Below are positions 11,355 through 22,405 of a DNA stretch of 40,051 bases, piece after piece (position 1 is the stretch's first letter; every line of letters starts with the position of its first letter). The translations under genes and the position numbers were made by a program. The notes under the pieces are model-generated. The model ran no database searches and had not been told where the DNA came from. It worked only from the letters and a program-made list of their open reading frames with translations. Origin of the DNA: Octopus bimaculoides (taxonomy: Eukaryota); the NCBI RefSeq assembly GCF_001194135.2, contig NC_068987.1, forward strand, positions 9,265,493-9,305,543. The letters run 5' to 3'.

Positions 11355-11391
11355 TCTTTGACGTTTCGAGCTACGCTCTTCAACAGAAAGA
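11355..11391 (-). ncRNA. Minimal type I hammerhead-like motif in a Penelope-like terminal repeat (about 11265-11460)
   Basis: Minus strand: tcttt-CTGTTGA-a-gagc.gta.gctc-GAAA-C-GTC-aaaga. 5-bp stem I, 4-bp stem II, ACGU stem III, A6U core change. Confidence 0.6.
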
Positions 11392-11900
11392 ATACGGAGA
11401 CAAGGAGAAAAACACGGAGAAAAAAAAATGAATAGTGTTCAGTCAACGGTCAATCATAATATATATATATANNNNNNNNNNNNNNNNNNNNNNNNNNNNN
11501 NNNNNNNNNNNNNNNNNNNNNNNNNNNNNNNNNNNNNNNNNNNNNNNNNNNNNNNNNNNNNNNNNNNNNNNNNNNNNNNNNNNNNNNNNNNNNNNNNNNN
11601 NNNNNNNNNNNNNNNNNNNNNNNNNNNNNNNNNNNNNNNNNNNNNNNNNNNNNNNNNNNNNNNNNNNNNNNNNNNNNNNNNNNNNNNNNNNNNNNNNNNN
11701 NNNNNNNNNNNNNNNNNNNNNNNNNNNNNNNNNNNNNNNNNNNNNNNNNNNNNNNNNNNNNNNNNNNNNNNNNNNNNNNNNNNNNNNNNNNNNNNNNNNN
11801 NNNNNNNNNNNNNNNNNNNNNNNNNNNNNNNNNNNNNNNNNNNNNNNNNNNNNNNNNNNNNNNNNNNNNNNNNNNNNNNNNNNNNNNNNNNNNNNNNNNN

Positions 11901-11917
11901 TATATATATATATATAT

Positions 11918-11977
<60 letters not shown>

Positions 11978-11996
11978 TCGGACAGATACATGGATA
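11901..11996. repeat. (TA)n/(TAGA)n microsatellite
   Basis: Seen directly. Confidence 0.97.
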
Positions 11997-12017
11997 GGTA
12001 GAGATAGGAAGAGAGAG

Positions 12018-12346
12018 ATGCTTCGTGGCCAACGACTATGATTCTATGACTAAGCGATCACTGGCTTACTGGTATCACTTGTCCGTGAGAGTAGATAGAT
12101 CATTAGGTTCCGCTTGACAATGTCCCTGAATGTCAATTCAGGTCTAGCAACGATTCAATAGCCATCTGCCAGTTTCAAAAACAGGACTTTCTTTTGAAGC
12201 GGATAATCACCAAAGCTGGCAATGTGACCTGTCCAGCGGAGATTTCTCACCATCATTAGATGGTGCATGGACTGAACGATAACCTTCCTGAGGACTTCGG
12301 GGCTAGCGGTGTTTTGCCACCATTAGATGATCATGATAGGTCTCAG
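12018..12346 (-). mobile_element. RTE-clade LINE ORF C-terminal fragment (frameshifted)
   Basis: LRPIMII*W...EVLRK...SMHHLMMVRNLRWTGHIA, then with a frameshift KVLFLKLADGY*IVARPELTFRDIVKRNL. This matches the RTE motif LR.I+.I.W.D...EVL...RLRW.GH+.R...GRP+.TF+D.+KR.L. Confidence 0.8.
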
Positions 12347-13474
12347 GTGTGTGTGTGTGTGTGTGCGTGTTTAGTAGCCGCGTAGTTTATCGTATATTTT
12401 GGCATATGTAAGCGACTCATTACACTCGCTAACCGGAAGTACGTAGCCTCCTCATTAATGGAGATAAATATACGATCTAGGTCAGTTTCATGGTGAAAAG
12501 GAAAGAAGAGTTGTCTCCCCTGGAGTAATTCTAGCAGTGGCTGAAATGGGTCAGTCTGTGTACCTTTTTTTCCCGTTCTCTAATCTACAGAAGAGGAAGA
12601 ACACATTTCCAAAACTAACTATGGGGTTAAATGTTTCGCTTTTTGAATTCAAAAGGGCATCCGAACCGTGCAGTTTTTTGGTATCATTGTCCTCTTGGCC
12701 AAGTAAACTTTTCACCATCTGCTTCCGCTGCTGTATGGCACTGTTTGTTTAAGCAGCTTCCTGTTTATTTTGTAAGGCGTCTCGTCTTCTTTTAATCACC
12801 ATTCATAGTTTATTACTGCTGTAATGTTGTCTTTTTTTATTTTAATCCTAAAAGAAGACCTGTGATTATTTAGCTTGGCGTTAAAAGGGACCGGACAACT
12901 GACCGTTTATTATTTNNNNNNNNNNNNNNNNNNNNNNNNNNNNNNNNNNNNNNNNNNNNNNNNNNNNNNNNNNNNNNNNNNNNNNNNNNNNNNNNNNNNN
13001 NNNNNNNNNNNNNNNNNNNNNNNNNNNNNNNNNNNNNNNNNNNNNNNNNNNNNNNNNNNNNNNNNNNNNNNNNNNNNNNNNNNNNNNNNNNNNNNNNNNN
13101 NNNNNNNNNNNNNNNNNNNNNNNNNNNNNNNNNNNNNNNNNNNNNNNNNNNNNNNNNNNNNNNNNNNNNNNNNNNNNNNNNNNNNNNNNNNNNNNNNNNN
13201 NNNNNNNNNNNNNNNNNNNNNNNNNNNNNNNNNNNNNNNNNNNNNNNNNNNNNNNNNNNNNNNNNNNNNNNNNNNNNNNNNNNNNNNNNNNNNNNNNNNN
13301 NNNNNNNNNNNNNNNNNNNNNNNNNNNNNNNNNNNNNNNNNNNNNNNNNNNNNNNNNNNNNNNNNNNNNNNNNNNNNNNNNNNNNNNNNNNNNNNNNNNN
13401 NNNNNNNNNNNNNNNNNNNNNNNNNNNNNNNNNNNNNNNNNNGAGAGAGAGACAGGCAGACAGACAACCGGACA

Positions 13475-13588
13475 GGTCTTTTTTCAGTTCGTTAAAATAA
13501 GTACTTGTTGAACACTGGGCCAATGTAATCATCTTACCCAGTCGCCTTAAAATTACCGGCATTGTGTCCAAATTTGAAACCATTATTT
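13475..13588 (+). mobile_element. SINE-B 3' fragment
   Basis: aaaataagtact...actgggccaatgtaatc...caaatttgaaaccattatt. Confidence 0.7.
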
Positions 13589-14419
13589 ACCGTTGTGCTC
13601 AATGTCAGTTATCATTATTATTATTGTTCTCGTCATTGTCATCGTCGTCATCTTCGCTGCCACCGCTGTTGTCGTCGCCGCCATGATCTCGAACCATTTC
13701 ATTTGGCCTCACCTTCAAAATTAGGCCAACTATATCTTTCACATCAGGAAATTCCAGAGCAGGAAGTGATATAAAGTAATTACCGTAACAGAAAATCCTC
13801 ACTTAATTATCAGCTTGCAACCCAATGTGTTTATGCGGCAGTATATACACCCAATGTGTATATGTGGTAGTATATATGACGTGCATATATACATACATAA
13901 ATATATACACATACATGTAAGCATACACTCATATACATACATAAGCGTACATGGGATCATATGTACACCGACATACCTATATATGTACATGTACGCATAC
14001 ATACACATATATATTTATACATATATGTGTATATATATATTGCAGAAAACTATGATAGATTATTAAACATTCTTCTACTCAGGAGACTTATTGGAAATCA
14101 ACTAGAGTGCAAAATACATAAATAAATAAGTAAATAAATAAATAAATAAACAAGTAAATGAATAATCAGCTAAGACAGAGGCAAAGAAGCCTGACATCTT
14201 TGGATTTCCCTCTTTCACTTCTGTTCAGTTCTTCCCATATCTCAAACATTGTCTTAAGCATTTCACAACGCTTCGCTATTACCATCGAAAGCTGGAGTAA
14301 ACGCTTGGGTTGTGTGTGTGTGTGGGGGGAGGCTTAAAAGTAATCCACCGAGTTCTGCAAAATGCTATAAAAACAAAAGACTGCATACGAGATCTGTTTA
14401 TAATTAGACACTGCAAGAA

Positions 14420-14580
14420 CAGACATGGCGACATGGTTAAAAAGAAGATCACTTTGCAACCACGTGGTTTCAGGTTCAGTCCCACCGAACCGTGCGTCTC
14501 TGCTGTAACCTGGGGCTGACCAAAGATTTTGAAAGTGAATTTGGCTGGCGGAAACTGCGTGGAAGAATGTCAAATGTATG
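14420..14580 (+). mobile_element. Degenerate SINE-A 5' half
   Basis: caaccacgtggtttcaggttcagtcccac...gaccaaag...cggaaactg. Confidence 0.75.
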
Positions 14581-14656
14581 TGTGGGAGTGTATACATACA
14601 TACATACATACATACATGTATACATACATACATACATACATACATACATAAATACA

Positions 14657-15690
14657 TAGAGGGTGCGATGAGTAACTTTTCACCATTTTATATTTTCAAT
14701 TACGCTTATGTGCATTATTTGCTTTTGATTTTGTTGGCTGCACAGTATAGTAAGGTCAGTCGGGCACCGTCTGTGAGAAAAACAGTACCATGACATAATT
14801 CACTCTGCCAGAAATTTAGAAACGACATGCTGTGTTGCTTGGCATTCGTGCCGGAAGCTCCAATATGAACATTTCAGTGCAGAGGATTCGGAAAGAACTG
14901 GATGAGTTTAATGGTGATTACGAAGGTACGGCAGCTCGAAAAACTCACTCTGATCGTTCTGATCAGAAAAGAACTCCTGAATTTGTTGGTGAGATCCAGG
15001 CCACGATTGAAAACGATCCCTCCAAGGCAATCAGGTCCATCGCCAAGGATAGGGGAGTGTCTAAGTTTATTTTATCAGGCAGGTAGTGCATGAAGACATT
15101 CAATATTCTTCATACAAGATGAGAAAGAGGCAATTTTGATCCCAAGCCATTAAGAACAAAAGCGAAAACCATGCTACGAAGCTTTTGAACAAACTCGTGC
15201 ATCCCCTCCAACCGAACAAGCTTTGGTTTTTCTCAGACGAGGATCAGATGGTGAACACACAGATCAACCTTTGGCTTACCGTGACCCCAAAACATGTACC
15301 GAGAGTGATAGAAATCAAACATCCAGTCAACATCATGGTGTTTGGAGCGATCACTAGTCATGGTGACGTTATGCCTCCATTCATCTCCCCGCACGGCCTC
15401 AGATTCAATACGGAGACCCACATCAAGTGCCTAGAAGAGGTAGTGCTGCCCTGGGTCAAGAGGGTGGCTGCTGGAATACCCTGTCTCTGGCAACAGGACT
15501 CTGCACCATGCCACACAAGCAGGAGAACCCAGTCATAGCTGTCAGATAATTTCTGCGACCACCATCGCCCCAAACATCTGGCCACCTAACTCCTCAGGCT
15601 TCAACCCCCTTGATTATTATGTGTGGGGCGCAGTTGAGGGAGAGACCAACAAAACTCCTTGCAACACCAAAGATGATCTGTAGGCAATTG
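14657..15690 (+). mobile_element. Tc1/mariner transposon remnant, DD37D (maT) family; transposase pseudogene
   Basis: HTH region RIRKELDE...SIRSIAK-like; first D in WFFSDE (15236), second in WQQDSAPCH (15497), third in NPLDYYVWG (15612), with 37 residues between D2 and D3 after repairing one frameshift. Left TIR-like TA-GAGGGTGCG; several stops; right TIR not seen. Confidence 0.88.
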
Positions 15691-15780
15691 TGAAAACATT
15701 TTGTTTATCGTTGAAGTATAACCAATTTATTCCTCATAAACTTTAACGACAAAATCTTATGTGAATCCCTAAGAGTGATA

Positions 15781-15810
15781 TGAACCCCAGTTGAGAAGAA
15801 TTGGTCTACG
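15781..15810 (+). mobile_element. hAT/Charlie-like right terminus remnant
   Basis: gaaccccagttgagaagaattggtcta resembles ...ggttgagaaccactg-nTCTA. Confidence 0.3.
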
Positions 15811-16247
15811 AGAAGGTATTCAAAAACAACATTAGGTTTTGCTACTTAACCATTTATTAGCTATAATTACAATTAATTCTAGTTACTCTTGTTCATTAAC
15901 CTAAATACTATAGGCTTTTGTGTAACAGCCGGATCCCTGACTTCAAGTTCTAAGTTAATTGCACAGATCACAGAGTTGTGGTTTGTATGTTTAATTTACC
16001 AGTAGTCAAAAGCAAGGACATCTTTAACTATCCGGTAACCTAATAAACAACATTGTGTAACACGATTTTTGTCCTCGGGTAGTAACTGTTATTGCCTGTT
16101 TGCTAGATGGATCGAAACAGTTGTAGTGATTACTAAAAATTCTCGTATCTTTCATCTTTTGTCTCTCATTAACCATATGTGTATGTGTGTGAGCGGGCGC
16201 GTATGTGCATGTTTATATACATATATATAGACATAGATATTAACTCA

Positions 16248-16331
16248 TAATTTCACTCACGAGGCATTAGCTTATCCGGGGCTATTGTAGTTGCATAGCA
16301 AGCTTCTTAATCACACAGCAATACCTGCACC
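16248..16331 (-). mobile_element. SINE-A head fragment
   Basis: cactcacgaggc...ggggctattgtag...caagcttcttaatcacacagc. Confidence 0.65.
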
Positions 16332-16892
16332 TTAATCTGAATATTTTTCATTTGAGCAAAACTAGTGAACGGCATCATACTAAAAAAAAAATGTTAAGAG
16401 TTTTATATTTTCTAAATTTCAGCAATGCTTGAATCTACCAACTCAAATACGAAAATAAGCTCGGAAAAGGTGTCATAAATTTTAGTAACCTGAGGGTTAG
16501 CTAACGCCGTCGTGTAGTGGTGTGTACAATGGCGATGTTATAAAACTGTAGTTGTTAGGAGTGTCAGCAGAGAACAGAATATAATGTCATACAGTCGAGA
16601 TGACAGTTTTATTTCGTTCTTTTTTTTTTTCCAGAATAGAAAACGCGTGCACTTTTAATAAATAAATGTAGGTCTGTGTTTAGTAAGCAATGTGTCTCAA
16701 GTGAAAATGTTCTTGCTTTAAGTATTATACTTTGCCTGGCTCAAAAGTTTATCGAATCTAATATCTTCAGCTTTTCTTATGAATTCGCAGACGACTGGAA
16801 TGAGTGAAACAGCAGTTATAAAACAACAAAACTATTTGATATTACAGTATTAGTGCCGCTTCTACACCGTTAATATTGTCTTTATTTTATTT

Positions 16893-17289
16893 GTTTGTTG
16901 TTGGCACTCCGTCGCTTATGACGTCGAGGGTTCCAATTGATCCGATCAACGGAACAGCATGCTCGTGAAATTAACGTGCAAGTGGCTGAGCACTCCACAG
17001 ACGCGTGTACCCTTAACGTAGTTCTCGAGGATAATCAGCGTGACACAGTGTGACAAGGCTGACCCTTTGAATTACAGGCACAACAGAAACAGGAAGTAAG
17101 AGTGAGAGAAAGTTGTGGTGAAAGAGTACAGCAGGGTTCGCCACCATCCCCTGCCGGATCCTCGTGGAGCTTTTAGCTATTTTCGCTTAATAAACACTCA
17201 CAACGCCCGGTCTGGGAATCGAAACCGCGATCCTACAACCGCGAGTCCGCTGCCCTAACCACTGGGCCACTGGGCCATTGAGCCTCTAC
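16893..17289 (-). mobile_element. Full-length SINE-D with a (CAA)n tail and a probable 10-bp TSD
   Basis: Homologous to 7107 and 35630; ttattttatt at 16882-16891 and 17292-17301; 3' stem-loop gttcc.gttgat-cgg-atcaa(t)tggaac. Confidence 0.9.
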
Positions 17290-17342
17290 CGTTATTTTAT
17301 TATTAATAACAATATAAATCTTTAATCTTTAAATCTCCAAAC

Positions 17343-17526
17343 TGTTTCAGCTTCATAGCTGCGGTCGTGCTGGGGCACCGCCGTTGACTGTGCTACACCA
17401 TTTTTTGAAACCTCCTCTGATATGCAGCATTCGGTGAATGAGGGAATTTGATGCTGCTGCCCTCATCTGTGTTTCCTGCCGTGGGGTAGGCTCGTCTGGA
17501 ACCCTTATTGTAGCATCAACTTGCTC
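17343..17526 (-). mobile_element. Non-SINE sequence ending in the SINE-A 3' terminus (candidate partner-LINE 3' end)
   Basis: The last 40 nt (ggcggtgccccagcacgaccgcagc...gctgaaaca) match the SINE-A tail. The upstream 140 nt are unrelated to SINE-A and open in one frame. Confidence 0.45.
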
Positions 17527-17737
17527 TTACTTGTTTCAGTCATAAGGCTGTGGCCATGCTGCAGCACCGCCTTGAAGAACTATTAGTCTGATTGATCGAC
17601 CCCAATATTTATTTTTTCTTTTCTTTTCCAGCTCGGTACTTATTTTATCGGTCCCTCTTACCAAACTCCTAGGTTACTGGGATGTAAACACACCAACACC
17701 GTTTGTAAAGCGGTGGGGATGAAGTGGATATAGACAT

Positions 17738-17768
<31 letters not shown>

Positions 17769-17913
17769 TATTTACAACGAGCTTCTTTCAGTTTCCGTCT
17801 ACGAAATCTACTCACAAGACTTTGATCGGCCTGAGGTTATAGTAGAAGACATTTGTCCAAGGTGCTACGCAGTGGGACTGAACCCGGAACTATGAGGTCT
17901 GAAAGCAAGCTTA
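17524..17913 (-). mobile_element. Near full-length SINE-A
   Basis: Reverse complement of tail, linker, CORE-like domain and B-box (gggactgaaccc). Confidence 0.9.
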
Positions 17914-17917
17914 CAAA

Positions 17918-19210
17918 TTGCGGGAGAGAGTTCTAGGAGGCTACTAGTCGATTACATGAAACCAATACTCAACTGGTACTTATTTTATCGATCCTAGAAT
18001 GATGAAGAACAAAATCGACCGAGTCAGAATTTGATCTGAGAATGTAAAGAGCTGGAATGAATGTAAAGATCTGGAAAAGATGCTGCTTAGCATTTTGTTC
18101 GGCGTGCTAACAGTTCTTTACTACTATAGGAATAGGACCAGAAATTGGGGAAGGGGAGGGGGCCAGTCGATTAGATCGACTCCAGTACGCAACTGGTACT
18201 CAANNNNNNNNNNNNNNNNNNNNNNNNNNNNNNNNNNNNNNNNNNNNNNNNNNNNNNNNNNNNNNNNNNNNNNNNNNNNNNNNNNNNNNNNNNNNNNNNN
18301 NNNNNNNNNNNNNNNNNNNNNNNNNNNNNNNNNNNNNNNNNNNNNNNNNNNNNNNNNNNNNNNNNNNNNNNNNNNNNNNNNNNNNNNNNNNNNNNNNNNN
18401 NNNNNNNNNNNNNNNNNNNNNNNNNNNNNNNNNNNNNNNNNNNNNNNNNNNNNNNNNNNNNNNNNNNNNNNNNNNNNNNNNNNNNNNNNNNNNNNNNNNN
18501 NNNNNNNNNNNNNNNNNNNNNNNNNNNNNNNNNNNNNNNNNNNNNNNNNNNNNNNNNNNNNNNNNNNNNNNNNNNNNNNNNNNNNNNNNNNNNNNNNNNN
18601 NNNNNNNNNNNNNNNNNNNNNNNNNNNNNNNNNNNNNNNNNNNNNNNNNNNNNNNNNNNNNNNNNNNNNNNNNNNNNNNNNNNNNNNNNNNNNNNNNNNN
18701 NNNNNNNNNNNNNNNNNNNNNNNNNNNNNNNNNNNNNNNNNNNNNNNNNNNNNNNNNNNNNNNNNNNNNNNNNNNNNNNNNNNNNNNNNNNNNNNNNNNN
18801 NNNNNNNNNNNNNNNNNNNNNNNNNNNNNNNNNNNNNNNNNNNNNNNNNNNNNNNNNNNNNNNNNNNNNNNNNNNNNNNNNNNNNNNNNNNNNNNNNNNN
18901 NNNNNNNNNNNNNNNNNNNNNNNNNNNNNNNNNNNNNNNNNNNNNNNNNNNNNNNNNNNNNNNNNNNNNNNNNNNNNNNNNNNNNNNNNNNNNNNNNNNN
19001 NNNNNNNNNNNNNNNNNNNNNNNNNNNNNNNNNNNNNNNNNNNNNNNNNNNNNNNNNNNNNNNNNNNNNNNNNNNNNNNNNNNNNNNNNNNNNNNNNNNN
19101 NNNNNNNNNNNNNNNNNNNNNNNNNGTACGCAACTGGTACTTAATTTATCGACCCTGAAAGGATGAAAAGCAAAGCCGACCTCGTGGAATTTAATCTCAG
19201 AACGTCAAAG
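17918..19210 (-). mobile_element. Two head-to-tail SINE-B copies (17918-18120; 18121-18203 plus 19126-19210, split by a gap)
   Basis: SINE-B motifs on both sides of the N run. Confidence 0.8.
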
Positions 19211-19222
19211 CAATAACTAATA

Positions 19223-19595
19223 TTAACCTTCAGAACCCCAGCGGCTGCTATTCCGGCCACCAGCCGCAGATACAAATATAAATTCCGGCCGCCAGCCGCA
19301 GACACAAATATCCCAGCGGCCGCTTTACCGGCCGGTATTTTCTGCATTGGAAAACCAGACAGTAACTACTGGTTCGACTGGCACCACAAGCTCCAGTATT
19401 GGCGATATATAAAAAAAAAATGTTAAGGACAATGCTTCCCTCTATTTAGCATTTTCTTTCAATGAGACACAGAAAAACACATATAAGTGACACTGAAACA
19501 ATATTAGGTGGGAAATAATTTTTGGGGCTCTTTTACCCAGGAAACCTGGGCTGAGGGTGCCAAGAACAACGGGTATCTGGGGTTCAAAGGGTTAA
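19223..19595. mobile_element. piggyBac-type MITE
   Basis: TTAA at 19223-19226 and 19592-19595. Ends ttaaccttcagaacccca and tggggttcaaagggttaa match at 15/18. Confidence 0.6.
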
Positions 19596-19698
19596 TAACG
19601 TTTCACGAAAAAATACTGGCAATTTTTTTCTTTTTGCTAAATGCTTGAAAATATAACATTATTGAATTTACTCAGTTCTTGTTTATGAATGTACATTT

Positions 19699-19699
19699 A

Positions 19700-19732
<33 letters not shown>

Positions 19733-19737
19733 AGTGC

Positions 19738-19768
<31 letters not shown>

Positions 19769-19780
19769 CATCTACCTATG
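19699..19780. repeat. (TCTA)n microsatellite
   Basis: Seen directly. Confidence 0.95.
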
Positions 19781-20085
19781 TTCATATATATTATTATAAG
19801 ATCTGGTAATTAGTCATATATTAATATATTAATTAATATCGATTAATTATCAGGGGGCCAGCACATTTAAAGAATCAAAGAGATTCAGAAATATTATCTG
19901 CAATCTCAGGGGATTAAGGTACATTTTTAAAATAACGTCGACCACTAACGTGGACAATTAATGCGCTAGAAATAGATCACATTTTGTGTCTATTGAGACC
20001 TAAAAAGTTCTCAACATGAAATATAGCAGCATACCAAAAACGTGAGCGGGCAAGACATTTAAAATCACCTAAAAAAATCATTATT

Positions 20086-20151
20086 AAACAGGAACCAGGT
20101 TTCGGATTTAACAAATTCTTACCATTTGTCTATTCCTCATCAGCCTGATTT
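20086..20151 (-). ncRNA. Type I hammerhead ribozyme candidate with an intact core
   Basis: Minus strand: AAA-U-CAGG CUGAUGA GGA-AUA-GACAAAU-GGUAAGA-AUUUGUU-AAA-UCC GAAA CC-U-GG-U U CCUG-UUU. All conserved core nucleotides are present, all three stems pair, and the cleavage triplet is GUU. Confidence 0.75.
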
Positions 20152-20476
20152 GTAATGTAGCAGCAATTTTCAGAATCGTATACATAGTTGCCCACTGCCA
20201 TGTGTGCGCGTGCATATAACCATATATGCATGTGTGTGTGTGTGTATGTATGTCTACTTGTGTGTGTGTGTGTGTGTGTGTGTATGTATACCAAAAGATA
20301 ATTGATATATGACGTTTAGTAGCCACTTATATTTATTTCCCCCACTTGGTATATTTTACATTGACGCAGCTCAATCTCATTTATATTAAATATAACTTCT
20401 TACATCATCATCATCATCAACAGCGCCACCACCAACAATAACGAACATGACCACGACATACATATACATATATATA

Positions 20477-20528
20477 TGCGCAGGGTGGCTGTGTGGTAAG
20501 TAGCTTGCTTACCAACCACATGGTTCTC
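20477..20528 (+). mobile_element. SINE-A head fragment
   Basis: gcgcagggtggctgtgtggtaagtagcttgcttaccaaccacatggtt. Confidence 0.8.
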
Positions 20529-20822
20529 CCTAGCATCTTGTCCGCTAAGCATTTGGTCCGGTGCGGTAATGATGCTGCCAGCTCACATCCTTACTACAAT
20601 GCAATATTTTTTTTCTACCCTAGGCACAAGGCCCGAAATTTTGGGGGAGTGGGGCCAGTCGATTAGTGGGGTCGATTAGATCGTACTGGGATCGATTAGT
20701 CGTACTGGGGTCGATTAGATCGACCCGAGTACGCAACTGGTGCTTAATTTATGGATCCCGAAAGGATGAAAGGCAAAGTCGACCTAGGCGGAATTTGAAC
20801 TCCGAACGTAAAGACAGATGGA
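20529..20822 (-). mobile_element. SINE-B head (20529-20590) plus a SINE-B with an internal expansion (20608-20822)
   Basis: SINE-B motifs; tcgattag occurs four times. Confidence 0.85.
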
Positions 20823-21084
20823 AGCTTTGAAAAATATTGCTTAATGACATGGCACGCAACTACCATACGCTCTCACGCATTCACGCGCATTTTAAAGAGA
20901 GGAAGAGAGAGAGGGAGAGAGAGGGAGAGAGAGAGAGAGAGAAAGTTAGGTCTTGTTGTCTCGGCTGAGCCGTGTGTTTTGTATGGCGTTGATTTAGCAG
21001 TAATCAATGTTCATAGATGAGTTGAATATAGAAGTAACGATGATGACACGTCAACGATATTGACACAGATCTCGCTACCTGGAC

Positions 21085-21396
21085 ATGCAAGTAAAGAAGG
21101 AGGGGAAAATGGTTGAAGGAAGGGGGGGGGAGGGAGGAAGGAAGGAAGCAAGCAAGGAGAAAGGAAGAAATGAAAGAAGGAAAGAAGGAAAAGAAGGTAG
21201 AAGGGAAGAAAAAAGGAAGAAAGAAAGAACGAAAGAAAGGAAGGAAGGAAGAGAAAGAAATGAAAGAAAGAAGGGAAAATAAAGAGAAAGAAAGAAAGAA
21301 AGAAAGAAAATGAGAGAAAAAGAAAGGAAGGAAGGAAAAGAAAGAAAGTGAAAGAAAGAATAGGAGTCAATAAATAAATAAAGGAAAAAGAATGAA

Positions 21397-21436
<40 letters not shown>

Positions 21437-21480
21437 ATGAAAGGAAGGAAGAAAGAAGGAAGGAAAGAAAGGAAGAAGGA
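21085..21480. repeat. GA-rich (GAAA/GGAA) low-complexity tract
   Basis: Seen directly. Confidence 0.95.
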
Positions 21481-21624
21481 TAGAATTGTCGGTTAACATT
21501 CTGTGATGTGCTTCCTATGTCTGTCCTGTGTTGTTTGCAACCGAAAAACTAGTAACATCGAATTATTTCGTCACGCAATCATTGAGACATGGTAAATATT
21601 TCCTGTTCATTGTTTCTTTCCAAG

Positions 21625-21675
21625 ATAAACTGGAGCAACGTTTGACCGACTTTAACTCCCATCTCCGACATTGCT
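21625..21675 (+). CDS. Candidate exon (DKLEQRLTDFNSHLRHC), unidentified
   Basis: Strong acceptor tgtttctttccaag; weak donor (GTACAT at 21676 or GTGTGT at 21682, both phase 1). Confidence 0.22.
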
Positions 21676-21676
21676 G

Positions 21677-21724
<48 letters not shown>

Positions 21725-22254
21725 GAGTCAGTGTGTACCTGTGTACGCATAGATATATATGAATGCGTGCGCTTGGATGTGTGGGTGTTTGTATGTGTCT
21801 ATGCATTTGTGCTTCGTGCGTGTGTGTTTGTGTACTTGCATGTATACGTGCATGCGTGCGTGCTTGTGTTAGCGTGTGAGTGGGGCTTGAGGGTGTGCTT
21901 CGGTATAAGTGTGTTTGAGTGTGTGTGTGTGTGTGTGTTTGTATTATATGTATGCACTATGTGGATATAGGTGTGTCAGCATATGTATTTGTATGTCTGT
22001 GTGTATACGTATGTGTGTGTATATCCCTGTGTATAGTGTGCGTATATATATATATATATATATATAAAACTAAAGTCAGGATGCGTGACGTTCATTAAAT
22101 ACTACAAAACGTAGACGTGGGACAGACACAAGGACCCTAATTCTTCCTTAGTTATCGACCAAAAATACATATACCCAGTTTCATGCCTTTAACTATAAGT
22201 CTGGGAACTTCGTATATCGGCGGCACCCGCAAGATTTGCGGAGAATTAGGGATC

Positions 22255-22355
22255 GAGTGGCATTTCGTCCGTCTTTACGTTCTGAGTACAAATTCAGCTG
22301 AGATCAACTTCCTCTCTTTCTTCAAAAACTACTGACCTTTGCCAAAATTTGGAAC
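22255..22355 (+). mobile_element. Deleted SINE-B fragment
   Basis: atttcgtccgtctttacgttctgag...gccaaaatttggaacc. Confidence 0.7.
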
Positions 22356-22405
22356 CATGTCTCCGTTGACGGTTTCTTCTTCATCTTTGGAATTTTCCCT
22401 TTCTC

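Noticed and set aside
12060-12350. Several 7-9 bp hairpins suggesting a structured RNA
   Set aside because: The region is fully explained as decayed RTE coding sequence on the minus strand.
13713-13798. Minus-strand exon-like stretch (IFCYGNYFISLPALEFPDVKDIVGLILK) with donor AAG|GTGAGG
   Set aside because: No credible acceptor in a compatible phase.
16080-16135. GAAACAGTTGTA with tagtaa/ttacta complementarity, hammerhead-like
   Set aside because: The core has three mismatches and there is no stem II.
20108-20326. Minus-strand ORF with apparent donor ATG|GTAAGA
   Set aside because: The donor lies in the loop of the hammerhead stem II, and the acceptor is poor.
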